NCBI GenBank assembly: GCA_051294905.1 | Contig: CM119372.1 | Span: 18,540,001 to 18,604,000, forward strand | Source: Botryllus schlosseri | Lineage: Eukaryota | Direction: 5' to 3' | Length of the DNA: 64,000 nt | Shown here: piece after piece, positions 13,199 to 22,707 of the stretch | Layout: each line of letters starts with the position of its first letter | How positions within the stretch are numbered: position 1 is the first letter of the stretch | Made by a program: the position numbers and the translations under genes | The notes under the pieces: model-generated | What the model saw: the letters and a program-made list of their open reading frames with translations, nothing else | Databases searched by the model: none | What the model was told of the DNA's origin: nothing

Positions 13199-13867
13199 AT
13201 GGATCAGCAAGCAGGCAATCAGAATGCGGTAGCTGTTAAGCTCCCTACCTTTTGGGCAGAGGAACCACGAGTTTGGTTTCGACAGGCGGAAGCACAATTC
13301 GCCTTGAAAGGAGTTACTGCGGATGAAACCAAATTCCATTACGTAGTTTCAGCTTTAGATCAGGCCACGGCAAAACGGCTGATAGAACTATTGGACAATC
13401 CTCCACAGGCAGATAAGTACAACGCAATCAAAAGCAGGTTATTACAGTCATTTGCTTTGTCTCCACCAGAGCGAGCGGCACGTCTGTTGAATTTGTCACC
13501 TCTCGGCGACAGAAAACCGACAGAGATGATGGACGAAATGCTCGCGCTGTTAGGAGATCATCACCCCTGCTTCCTTTTCAAATACTTATTCTTGCAGCAA
13601 ATGCCGGAAAACATACGGATAGTGCTGGCAAAAGAGGATGTAGATAACCCCCGAGATTTGGCTCGGCGGGCAGATCAAATGTGGCTATCGAGAACCGACA
13701 ATTACAGTATAAGTAAATTGGCCAAGACAAAACCGGCCCTCCCTTATACATTTGAGCCGGTTTCAAACTTCTGCTTCTACCATCGACGATTTGGTAAGAA
13801 AGCACGGCAATGCTGCCCTCCCTGTGCTTGGCAACAGGAAAACGACAAAGCCGGTTGTCCGCAGTAA
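13199..13867 (+). CDS. gag: Gypsy Gag (222 aa), unit 1
   Basis: N-terminus [21 protein letters not shown] and C-terminal [18 protein letters not shown]ys/His motif, typical of a Gypsy Gag lineage; lies between the PBS and pol. Confidence 0.92.
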   Translation: MDQQAGNQNAVAVKLPTFWAEEPRVWFRQAEAQFALKGVTADETKFHYVVSALDQATAKRLIELLDNPPQADKYNAIKSRLLQSFALSPPERAARLLNLSPLGDRKPTEMMDEMLALLGDHHPCFLFKYLFLQQMPENIRIVLAKEDVDNPRDLARRADQMWLSRTDNYSISKLAKTKPALPYTFEPVSNFCFYHRRFGKKARQCCPPCAWQQENDKAGCPQ

Positions 13868-16800
13868 ACGGGGCAACCGGCAAAAAATTATTTTACCTGC
13901 AAGACCTGAGGTCTAACTTCCTTTTTCTTGTCGACACCGGGGCGGAAGTAAGCGTATTCCCACCCACCAGGCTCGAACGGAGACACAAAACCTCTGGTCC
14001 GCTGCTTACGGCTGCAAACGGAAGCATCATACGTACGTACGGGACCAAGCGTCTTTCTTTGGTTTTTCCGTCCGGAAAATATGGTTGGGAATTCACTTTG
14101 GCTGACGTTTCTCAGCCCTTGCTCGGAGCAGATTTTCTTCGGGCGCAAGATTTGCTGGTTGATGTCAAACACCGTCGCCTGATTCATTTGCATTCCCTGA
14201 CCAGCGTTCCTCTTCGTACTAGTGAACACGTTTCGCTTGGTCTTAATTCTGTCAGTACGAGCCGGTCTTGCTACGCGCAAATCTTGGCTGAATTTCCCGA
14301 GATTATTACCCCGCATTTTACGCATGTACAACCCAAGCACAACGTGAAGCATCTCATCTCAACAACAGGACAGCCTATTCATTCACGTGCAAGGCGATTG
14401 GCCCCTGATAAGCTCGCCATCGCACAGACCGAGTTCAATAAGATGTTGGAGCTGGGAATCATCCGCCGTTCTTCGAGCCAATGGTCCTCCCCTTTGCACA
14501 TGGTGCCCAAAGGTTCCGGAGGCTGGCGTCCTTGTGGAGATTACAGGCGTCTTAATACCGCCACGCAACCAGACCGTTATCCCATTCCACATCTTCAAGA
14601 CTTCACCGCGCGCCTCGCGGGATCAAATATATTTTCTAAAATCGATTTGGTGCGGGGCTACCATCAGGTTCCCGTAGCACCTGATGACATTCCGAAAACA
14701 GCCATCACCACACCATTCGGTTTGTTCGAATTCCTACGCATGCCATTCGGGCTTAAGAACGCAGCGCAGACATTTCAGCGAATGATGGACATGGTTTGCC
14801 AGTCACTCGATTTTGTCTTTGTCTACCTCGACGATATCTTGGTAGCGAGCGAATCACTCGCACAACACAAACGACATCTTCAAGAGCTCTTTGGAAGGCT
14901 ATCCAAACATGGACTTGTCATTAACATCGCTAAATGCCAGTTCGGCAAACCCGCCATAGATTTCCTCGGCCACCGGGTCGATAAGCACGGTGCGAAACCA
15001 CTGCCCGGAAAGGTAGACGCAATTTTGAAATTCCCCCGGCCCACAACGGTAAAAGGCCTTCAGGAATTTACGGGGATGATCAACTTTTATCATCGGTTCA
15101 TACCTGGGGCAGCGAAAATCATGATGCCACTGTATGGCGCTCTTTCTGGAAATCCAAAAACGCTACTTTGGACAACAGAGATGGATACTGCAATGGTAAA
15201 AGCAAAGGAAGCTCTAGCCAGCTCCACACTTCTCCATCATCCTTTACCAGAGGCAAAGACTGCTTTGACGGTCGATGCCTCGCAATACGCCGTTGGCGCA
15301 GTCTTGGAGCAATTCATAAACCAACGCTGGAGGCCATTAGCGTTTTTCAGTAAGCACCTCCGACCACCGGAGCTCAAGTACAGTACGTTTGATCGGGAAT
15401 TGTTGGCTCTGCACCTTGCCATTCGCCATTTCCGGTATTTTCTTGAGGGCCGCAACTTTACAGCCTTTACCGACCACAAGCCACTGACGTTCGCATTTGC
15501 TAAGATATCAGAGCCTTGGTCGGCGCGTCAGCAACGTCACCTGTCGGCAATCTCCGAGTATACCACAGATATTCAGCACATTCATGGGAAAAACAATCGC
15601 GTAGCTGACGCTCTTTCACGAATTGCAATTTCTAACGTTCAGAGCCCATTACTCGACTTTGATTATGAGGCAATGGCGAAAGCACAGCTTGACCCGGAGG
15701 TACAAGCATATCGCACGGCAATATCAAATCTATGTATCGAAAACGTTCCGCTTGGAACGGCCGGCCTTACTTTACTTTGCGACACTTCCAGAGGCACGCC
15801 ACGTCCGGTAGTCCCGCGATCTTGGCGAAGGAAAGTTTTTGAAGTGGTACACGGACTCTCGCATCCTTCGATTCGAACAACCCGAAAACTGGTGGCATCA
15901 AAATTTGTATGGCATGGGTTGAAGAAAGAGGTCGGAATATGGGCAAAACAATGTGTTCAGTGTCAACGGGCTAAAGTACACACGCACGTTCGGGCGCCGC
16001 TAGCGAATTATCCACCCACAACTTCTCGTTTTCAATCGGTAAACATTGACATCGTGGGACCATTGCCAATGTCACAAGGTAAAACGTACCTGCTGACAGT
16101 GGTAGATCGTTTCACCCGCTGGCCGGAGGCGATACCAATGGAGGACTCGACAACATTAACGTGCGCTAGGGCCTTCATCGCCAACTGGGTGGCACGCTTT
16201 GGTATTCCAGCACACATTTCTTCCGATCGGGGACCGCAATTTACTTCGCATTTGTGGGCACAACTCAATCAGCTATTAGGCGTTCTCCTACACAGAACGA
16301 CCAGTTTTCACCCACAAGCCAATGGCCTCGTGGAACGCTTCCATAGACATTTGAAAAGTTCCCTTATGGCGAGACTCACCGGTCCAAACTGGCTGGATGA
16401 GCTACCATGGGTTCTTTTGGGCATCCGCACAACACCCAAAGAGGATTTGGACGCCTCTTCGGCCGAACTTGTGTACGGTGCTCCATTGACGGTTCCGGGC
16501 GATTTTGTTTCTTTTTCAGGAGAGAGCGCACATCGGGACTTGCCAACGTTACAGGGGAAGATTCGCAACCTCCTTCCACGTCCTATGTCGCGACACGGCA
16601 CGGTCAAAACCGCAGTTCCGCCAAGTCTGAAAGAATGCACATACGTCTTCATTCGAAAGGATGCACACCGACCACCGTTGACCAAACCTTACGACGGACC
16701 GTACAAGGTCCTGAAGAAATCGGCGAAATCATTTACGCTATCCATGGGCGGCAGAGCAGAAGTGGTGTCTGTCGATCGTCTAAAGCCGGCGTATATCGAC

Positions 16801-16944
16801 TTAAACGAACCAGTGGAAGTAGCACAACCTGCAAGACGGGGCAGACCGCCTCGGCAAGCAAGTGAGATCGAGCACCCGCGCGATTTTCAAAATGCAAGAA
16901 GATCGAAACGCAACAGGCATCCTCCATCTCGCTACGGTTGCTGA
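13810..16944 (+). CDS. pol: Gypsy Pol (protease, RT, RNase H, integrase), unit 1; probably entered by -1 frameshift near 13840 rather than from the listed ATG
   Basis: LVDTGA protease motif, YLDD (14824-14835), TVDAS/DRELLA/TDHKPL RNase H, HGLSHP..CVQC zinc finger, DIVGP/SDRG/VERFH DDE triad and GPY motif; no internal stops. Confidence 0.97.
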   Translation: MLPSLCLATGKRQSRLSAVNGATGKKLFYLQDLRSNFLFLVDTGAEVSVFPPTRLERRHKTSGPLLTAANGSIIRTYGTKRLSLVFPSGKYGWEFTLADVSQPLLGADFLRAQDLLVDVKHRRLIHLHSLTSVPLRTSEHVSLGLNSVSTSRSCYAQILAEFPEIITPHFTHVQPKHNVKHLISTTGQPIHSRARRLAPDKLAIAQTEFNKMLELGIIRRSSSQWSSPLHMVPKGSGGWRPCGDYRRLNTATQPDRYPIPHLQDFTARLAGSNIFSKIDLVRGYHQVPVAPDDIPKTAITTPFGLFEFLRMPFGLKNAAQTFQRMMDMVCQSLDFVFVYLDDILVASESLAQHKRHLQELFGRLSKHGLVINIAKCQFGKPAIDFLGHRVDKHGAKPLPGKVDAILKFPRPTTVKGLQEFTGMINFYHRFIPGAAKIMMPLYGALSGNPKTLLWTTEMDTAMVKAKEALASSTLLHHPLPEAKTALTVDASQYAVGAVLEQFINQRWRPLAFFSKHLRPPELKYSTFDRELLALHLAIRHFRYFLEGRNFTAFTDHKPLTFAFAKISEPWSARQQRHLSAISEYTTDIQHIHGKNNRVADALSRIAISNVQSPLLDFDYEAMAKAQLDPEVQAYRTAISNLCIENVPLGTAGLTLLCDTSRGTPRPVVPRSWRRKVFEVVHGLSHPSIRTTRKLVASKFVWHGLKKEVGIWAKQCVQCQRAKVHTHVRAPLANYPPTTSRFQSVNIDIVGPLPMSQGKTYLLTVVDRFTRWPEAIPMEDSTTLTCARAFIANWVARFGIPAHISSDRGPQFTSHLWAQLNQLLGVLLHRTTSFHPQANGLVERFHRHLKSSLMARLTGPNWLDELPWVLLGIRTTPKEDLDASSAELVYGAPLTVPGDFVSFSGESAHRDLPTLQGKIRNLLPRPMSRHGTVKTAVPPSLKECTYVFIRKDAHRPPLTKPYDGPYKVLKKSAKSFTLSMGGRAEVVSVDRLKPAYIDLNEPVEVAQPARRGRPPRQASEIEHPRDFQNARRSKRNRHPPSRYGC
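13837..13881 (+). promoter_or_regulatory. Putative -1 ribosomal frameshift signal (repeated at 17804-17848)
   Basis: G_GAA_AAC in the gag frame, a 6-nt spacer, then stem GCCGGTTGTCC / GGGCAACCGGC with the gag stop in the loop. Pol is in the -1 frame. Confidence 0.75.
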
Positions 16945-16958
16945 GGATTCCCGTCGCT

Positions 16959-16970
16959 GGAGGGGGATGG
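16959..16970 (+). promoter_or_regulatory. Polypurine tract (repeated at 20926-20937)
   Basis: GGAGGGGGATGG immediately before the TG of the downstream LTR. Confidence 0.85.
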
Positions 16971-17122
16971 TGTAGCGGCTCTACAAGGCGCGTTCGTCGA
17001 TCGTGTTGATTATTTGATTAGCAATTTGTGAATGCTTCCGCATCCCTTTCCAATGCATGCATGTTGACGCGTAAACGCGTCAGTTACTCTTTTCGCTCGC
17101 AATAAACGGAGCTCTCGCTTCA
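16971..17122 (+). repeat. LTR 2 (shared middle LTR)
   Basis: Same sequence as LTR 1; preceded by a PPT and followed by a PBS, with no TSD. Confidence 0.95.
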
Positions 17123-17165
17123 TTGGTGACCCCGACGCACAGGAACGTATTCCTGTACTACGAGC

Positions 17166-17834
17166 ATGGATCAGCAAGCAGGCAATCAGAATGCGGTAGC
17201 TGTTAAGCTCCCTACCTTTTGGGCAGAGGAACCACGAGTTTGGTTTCGACAGGCGGAAGCACAATTCGCCTTGAAAGGAGTTACTGCGGATGAAACCAAA
17301 TTCCATTACGTAGTTTCAGCTTTAGATCAGGCCACGGCAAAACGGCTGATAGAACTATTGGACAATCCTCCACAGGCAGATAAGTACAACGCAATCAAAA
17401 GCAGGTTATTACAGTCATTTGCTTTGTCTCCACCAGAGCGAGCGGCACGTCTGTTGAATTTGTCACCTCTCGGCGACAGAAAACCGACAGAGATGATGGA
17501 CGAAATGCTCGCGCTGTTAGGAGATCATCACCCCTGCTTCCTTTTCAAATACTTATTCTTGCAGCAAATGCCGGAAAACATACGGATAGTGCTGGCAAAA
17601 GAGGATGTAGATAACCCCCGAGATTTGGCTCGGCGGGCAGATCAAATGTGGCTATCGAGAACCGACAATTACAGTATAAGTAAATTGGCCAAGACAAAAC
17701 CGGCCCTCCCTTATACATTTGAGCCGGTTTCAAACTTCTGCTTCTACCATCGACGATTTGGTAAGAAAGCACGGCAATGCTGCCCTCCCTGTGCTTGGCA
17801 ACAGGAAAACGACAAAGCCGGTTGTCCGCAGTAA
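17166..17834 (+). CDS. gag: Gypsy Gag, unit 2
   Basis: Translation identical to unit 1. Confidence 0.92.
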   Translation: MDQQAGNQNAVAVKLPTFWAEEPRVWFRQAEAQFALKGVTADETKFHYVVSALDQATAKRLIELLDNPPQADKYNAIKSRLLQSFALSPPERAARLLNLSPLGDRKPTEMMDEMLALLGDHHPCFLFKYLFLQQMPENIRIVLAKEDVDNPRDLARRADQMWLSRTDNYSISKLAKTKPALPYTFEPVSNFCFYHRRFGKKARQCCPPCAWQQENDKAGCPQ

Positions 17835-20800
17835 ACGGGGCAACCGGCAAAAAATTATTTTACCTGCAAGACCTGAGGTCTAACTTCCTTTTTCTTGTCG
17901 ACACCGGGGCGGAAGTAAGCGTATTCCCACCCACCAGGCTCGAACGGAGACACAAAACCTCTGGTCCGCTGCTTACGGCTGCAAACGGAAGCATCATACG
18001 TACGTACGGGACCAAGCGTCTTTCTTTGGTTTTTCCGTCCGGAAAATATGGTTGGGAATTCACTTTGGCTGACGTTTCTCAGCCCTTGCTCGGAGCAGAT
18101 TTTCTTCGGGCGCAAGATTTGCTGGTTGATGTCAAACACCGTCGCCTGATTCATTTGCATTCCCTGACCAGCGTTCCTCTTCGTACTAGTGAACACGTTT
18201 CGCTTGGTCTTAATTCTGTCAGTACGAGCCGGTCTTGCTACGCGCAAATCTTGGCTGAATTTCCCGAGATTATTACCCCGCATTTTACGCATGTACAACC
18301 CAAGCACAACGTGAAGCATCTCATCTCAACAACAGGACAGCCTATTCATTCACGTGCAAGGCGATTGGCCCCTGATAAGCTCGCCATCGCACAGACCGAG
18401 TTCAATAAGATGTTGGAGCTGGGAATCATCCGCCGTTCTTCGAGCCAATGGTCCTCCCCTTTGCACATGGTGCCCAAAGGTTCCGGAGGCTGGCGTCCTT
18501 GTGGAGATTACAGGCGTCTTAATACCGCCACGCAACCAGACCGTTATCCCATTCCACATCTTCAAGACTTCACCGCGCGCCTCGCGGGATCAAATATATT
18601 TTCTAAAATCGATTTGGTGCGGGGCTACCATCAGGTTCCCGTAGCACCTGATGACATTCCGAAAACAGCCATCACCACACCATTCGGTTTGTTCGAATTC
18701 CTACGCATGCCATTCGGGCTTAAGAACGCAGCGCAGACATTTCAGCGAATGATGGACATGGTTTGCCAGTCACTCGATTTTGTCTTTGTCTACCTCGACG
18801 ATATCTTGGTAGCGAGCGAATCACTCGCACAACACAAACGACATCTTCAAGAGCTCTTTGGAAGGCTATCCAAACATGGACTTGTCATTAACATCGCTAA
18901 ATGCCAGTTCGGCAAACCCGCCATAGATTTCCTCGGCCACCGGGTCGATAAGCACGGTGCGAAACCACTGCCCGGAAAGGTAGACGCAATTTTGAAATTC
19001 CCCCGGCCCACAACGGTAAAAGGCCTTCAGGAATTTACGGGGATGATCAACTTTTATCATCGGTTCATACCTGGGGCAGCGAAAATCATGATGCCACTGT
19101 ATGGCGCTCTTTCTGGAAATCCAAAAACGCTACTTTGGACAACAGAGATGGATACTGCAATGGTAAAAGCAAAGGAAGCTCTAGCCAGCTCCACACTTCT
19201 CCATCATCCTTTACCAGAGGCAAAGACTGCTTTGACGGTCGATGCCTCGCAATACGCCGTTGGCGCAGTCTTGGAGCAATTCATAAACCAACGCTGGAGG
19301 CCATTAGCGTTTTTCAGTAAGCACCTCCGACCACCGGAGCTCAAGTACAGTACGTTTGATCGGGAATTGTTGGCTCTGCACCTTGCCATTCGCCATTTCC
19401 GGTATTTTCTTGAGGGCCGCAACTTTACAGCCTTTACCGACCACAAGCCACTGACGTTCGCATTTGCTAAGATATCAGAGCCTTGGTCGGCGCGTCAGCA
19501 ACGTCACCTGTCGGCAATCTCCGAGTATACCACAGATATTCAGCACATTCATGGGAAAAACAATCGCGTAGCTGACGCTCTTTCACGAATTGCAATTTCT
19601 AACGTTCAGAGCCCATTACTCGACTTTGATTATGAGGCAATGGCGAAAGCACAGCTTGACCCGGAGGTACAAGCATATCGCACGGCAATATCAAATCTAT
19701 GTATCGAAAACGTTCCGCTTGGAACGGCCGGCCTTACTTTACTTTGCGACACTTCCAGAGGCACGCCACGTCCGGTAGTCCCGCGATCTTGGCGAAGGAA
19801 AGTTTTTGAAGTGGTACACGGACTCTCGCATCCTTCGATTCGAACAACCCGAAAACTGGTGGCATCAAAATTTGTATGGCATGGGTTGAAGAAAGAGGTC
19901 GGAATATGGGCAAAACAATGTGTTCAGTGTCAACGGGCTAAAGTACACACGCACGTTCGGGCGCCGCTAGCGAATTATCCACCCACAACTTCTCGTTTTC
20001 AATCGGTAAACATTGACATCGTGGGACCATTGCCAATGTCACAAGGTAAAACGTACCTGCTGACAGTGGTAGATCGTTTCACCCGCTGGCCGGAGGCGAT
20101 ACCAATGGAGGACTCGACAACATTAACGTGCGCTAGGGCCTTCATCGCCAACTGGGTGGCACGCTTTGGTATTCCAGCACACATTTCTTCCGATCGGGGA
20201 CCGCAATTTACTTCGCATTTGTGGGCACAACTCAATCAGCTATTAGGCGTTCTCCTACACAGAACGACCAGTTTTCACCCACAAGCCAATGGCCTCGTGG
20301 AACGCTTCCATAGACATTTGAAAAGTTCCCTTATGGCGAGACTCACCGGTCCAAACTGGCTGGATGAGCTACCATGGGTTCTTTTGGGCATCCGCACAAC
20401 ACCCAAAGAGGATTTGGACGCCTCTTCGGCCGAACTTGTGTACGGTGCTCCATTGACGGTTCCGGGCGATTTTGTTTCTTTTTCAGGAGAGAGCGCACAT
20501 CGGGACTTGCCAACGTTACAGGGGAAGATTCGCAACCTCCTTCCACGTCCTATGTCGCGACACGGCACGGTCAAAACCGCAGTTCCGCCAAGTCTGAAAG
20601 AATGCACATACGTCTTCATTCGAAAGGATGCACACCGACCACCGTTGACCAAACCTTACGACGGACCGTACAAGGTCCTGAAGAAATCGGCGAAATCATT
20701 TACGCTATCCATGGGCGGCAGAGCAGAAGTGGTGTCTGTCGATCGTCTAAAGCCGGCGTATATCGACTTAAACGAACCAGTGGAAGTAGCACAACCTGCA

Positions 20801-20911
20801 AGACGGGGCAGACCGCCTCGGCAAGCAAGTGAGATCGAGCACCCGCGCGATTTTCAAAATGCAAGAAGATCGAAACGCAACAGGCATCCTCCATCTCGCT
20901 ACGGTTGCTGA
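17777..20911 (+). CDS. pol: Gypsy Pol, unit 2
   Basis: Translation identical to unit 1. Confidence 0.97.
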   Translation: MLPSLCLATGKRQSRLSAVNGATGKKLFYLQDLRSNFLFLVDTGAEVSVFPPTRLERRHKTSGPLLTAANGSIIRTYGTKRLSLVFPSGKYGWEFTLADVSQPLLGADFLRAQDLLVDVKHRRLIHLHSLTSVPLRTSEHVSLGLNSVSTSRSCYAQILAEFPEIITPHFTHVQPKHNVKHLISTTGQPIHSRARRLAPDKLAIAQTEFNKMLELGIIRRSSSQWSSPLHMVPKGSGGWRPCGDYRRLNTATQPDRYPIPHLQDFTARLAGSNIFSKIDLVRGYHQVPVAPDDIPKTAITTPFGLFEFLRMPFGLKNAAQTFQRMMDMVCQSLDFVFVYLDDILVASESLAQHKRHLQELFGRLSKHGLVINIAKCQFGKPAIDFLGHRVDKHGAKPLPGKVDAILKFPRPTTVKGLQEFTGMINFYHRFIPGAAKIMMPLYGALSGNPKTLLWTTEMDTAMVKAKEALASSTLLHHPLPEAKTALTVDASQYAVGAVLEQFINQRWRPLAFFSKHLRPPELKYSTFDRELLALHLAIRHFRYFLEGRNFTAFTDHKPLTFAFAKISEPWSARQQRHLSAISEYTTDIQHIHGKNNRVADALSRIAISNVQSPLLDFDYEAMAKAQLDPEVQAYRTAISNLCIENVPLGTAGLTLLCDTSRGTPRPVVPRSWRRKVFEVVHGLSHPSIRTTRKLVASKFVWHGLKKEVGIWAKQCVQCQRAKVHTHVRAPLANYPPTTSRFQSVNIDIVGPLPMSQGKTYLLTVVDRFTRWPEAIPMEDSTTLTCARAFIANWVARFGIPAHISSDRGPQFTSHLWAQLNQLLGVLLHRTTSFHPQANGLVERFHRHLKSSLMARLTGPNWLDELPWVLLGIRTTPKEDLDASSAELVYGAPLTVPGDFVSFSGESAHRDLPTLQGKIRNLLPRPMSRHGTVKTAVPPSLKECTYVFIRKDAHRPPLTKPYDGPYKVLKKSAKSFTLSMGGRAEVVSVDRLKPAYIDLNEPVEVAQPARRGRPPRQASEIEHPRDFQNARRSKRNRHPPSRYGC

Positions 20912-20937
20912 GGATTCCCGTCGCTGGAGGGGGATGG

Positions 20938-21089
20938 TGTAGCGGCTCTACAAGGCGCGTTCGTCGATCGTGTTGATTATTTGATTAGCAATTTGTGAAT
21001 GCTTCCGCATCCCTTTCCAATGCATGCATGTTGACGCGTAAACGCGTCAGTTACTCTTTTCGCTCGCAATAAACGGAGCTCTCGCTTCA
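20938..21089 (+). repeat. LTR 3
   Basis: Same 152-bp sequence, followed by TSD GTAT. Confidence 0.95.
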
Positions 21090-21175
21090 GTATTAAGAAA
21101 AATTCCGGTCCGGCCCGCCAACATGTTGTGCACCTGAAATTTGGCCCGCGACTAGCAAAAGGTTGCCGACCCCTG

Positions 21176-21408
21176 ATCCAAGGTATAGTTTTTTGCAGGG
21201 CATTCGCAATTGTCAAAATAAGTACTCCGGCGCTCGCTATTACAATACCCACAACAAAGACCCGTTTAGTACCATATCGCTTTTCGAGGAGGTAGAATAT
21301 CGGGAAGGCAATGATAATTTGACCGTTGATGGCCATTGTGACAAAGGTGACGTAGGCAGAATCCACTCCCGCCGTAAGAAGCATCACGTTCGAGTACATG
21401 AGAATTGC
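21176..21408 (-). CDS. Transporter copy 1, exon 5, 5' half
   Basis: Acceptor TTTCAG, then AILMYSNVMLLTAG...LQKTIPW, cut off by the hAT TIR. Confidence 0.88.
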
Positions 21409-21829
21409 CTGAAATGAATAGTTTCGTAACAAACATGCAGCTAAATTGTAATAAAATTAAAACGCGACCGTTCTGCTCGGTCTATAGGGTTTCTTCCCTG
21501 GAATACTATGAATCCCAACAATTACTATAAAAGTGATCCGCTCCGTAGGAAATTCTGTGATGGCTAACGGTAAGAGAAATTGAAGCCCCGAGTCAACGTT
21601 TTAGCTGTTGACACGCTGTGTAGTACACGGGCAGATCGATGAAGCTGGATAGATTTGAAACAACATATCTCGGGTCCTGTCACTGTGAGCATTCGAATTT
21701 TGAAAAAAGGACAATATTTCCGACGTTATAAAACTGGATACGATGATTGGAAACAAAATTGTCAGTGAATTTCCGAAGCTCAATTTCAATAGGAAGATAC
21801 AATAAATAAATACACTGACGTCATTTTAC

Positions 21830-22159
21830 CTGAGTCCCGCCCAATTGCATAGCATTCATAGTCAAAGCAGTTACTAGAAACTGGTATCGTAAATCGGGTG
21901 CTTGAAATATAGAAGATATCGGTATGGATTTTCGACGAGATTCGTCTATTAGCTCTTGCTTTAGGATAGCACATTCCGCCGCGACATCTTCATCCACTGC
22001 GCGAAGTCGTCTCAGAAGGTTCTCTGCTCCCAAGTCATTCTCGCGCCGCAGAAGAAATATCGGAGTTTCAGGAATCCAACGGTACGCGATTATATACAGT
22101 ATCGAAGTAGTGCCAGGTAGACTTAACAGCCAGACCCAAAGTTCCGGCTGGCCGAGAGC
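21830..22159 (-). CDS. Transporter copy 1, exon 4 (330 nt)
   Basis: TTAG acceptor and CAG|GTAAAA donor; reads ALGQPELWVWLL...WIPETP...MQLGGTQ. Same length as the copy 2 exon. Confidence 0.9.
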
Positions 22160-22707
22160 CTAAGAAACAAATTGTAATTGACATTTTAGTAAAGGCGCTA
22201 TCGGAGCCTACGGTATTCGAATATCGTAGGCCCCGGGCGCTATACTTTATGCCAGGGGCGGGCAACTTCTCCAGTCGGCGGGAAGGATGTAGGAAAATTA
22301 AGTAATTGGCGGGCAGGATAGCTGAATCGTTACATTATTCGCCCATTTATCCACATATACAATGAAGAAATCGCATGAAATGAATGAATTGTGACGACAG
22401 CAATGTCATTTCAAAGCCATTTCTCGCTGATAATGACGAAGACAATGAGGATTTGAGAACACCATTGTCAATTGTCATACAGGCGCCGCTATGTCTGCTT
22501 CTCTCTGATCAATCAACACATGGTGCAATCCCTAATCAAGATTTCAAGGCACTCGATAAGCCCGGTACCAAGTTATCAATTCATTAGGGTTGAGTACATC
22601 GTAAATGTCGATAATGCAAGTGTTCTCGCTTCTGCTTGCTCACGCGTAAGCTCCACTCTCGCACGCATTCTCGGTAATGATTTTCTCGGTATTGGTATAG
22701 TATAGGG

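Larger units (their letters stand above)
13004..21089 (+). mobile_element. Ty3/Gypsy LTR retrotransposon tandem dimer (3 LTRs, 2 internal regions, period 3967 bp)
   Basis: TG...CA LTRs at 13004, 16971 and 20938; a single 4-bp TSD GTAT (13000-13003 and 21090-21093); domain order gag, PR-RT-RH-INT. Six-frame translations are identical in both units. Confidence 0.97.
11254..21175 (+). mobile_element. Non-autonomous Buster/SPIN (GTF2IRD2-like) hAT transposon, ~1.83 kb without the Gypsy insert
   Basis: TIR CAAGGGTCGGCAACCT / AGGTTGCCGACCCCTG; perfect TSD ATCCAAGG (11246-11253 and 21176-21183); GGCCCG subterminal repeats. Transposase remnants at ~12205-12790 read LARVYELRNEIATFLE, WVSNLAFVEYLTSHLNKLNLQLQG and FGSTCACEQ*FSTMKFTKSKLRSR. 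Confidence 0.92.

Noticed and set aside
13810..13836. ATG at 13810 as the Pol start
   Set aside because: It lies inside gag, upstream of a slippery site and hairpin, so a Gag-Pol frameshift is the simpler explanation.
13043..20894. Antisense and alternate-frame ORFs inside the Gypsy units (e.g. 13888-14352 and 16407-16865) as extra genes or env
   Set aside because: They are shadows of the long gag/pol frames with no recognisable motifs, and they recur only because the unit is duplicated.
11254..21175. The hAT insertion acting as a clean new intron
   Set aside because: On the gene strand the element begins CAGGGG and ends CCCTTG, so there is no GT-AG at its boundaries. Only imprecise cryptic splicing would be possible.
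21601..21789. Similar short ORFs in intron 4 of both paralogs (also 59331-59519) as an alternative exon
   Set aside because: No convincing splice sites, exons 4 and 5 already join in frame, and the similarity is explained by intron homology.
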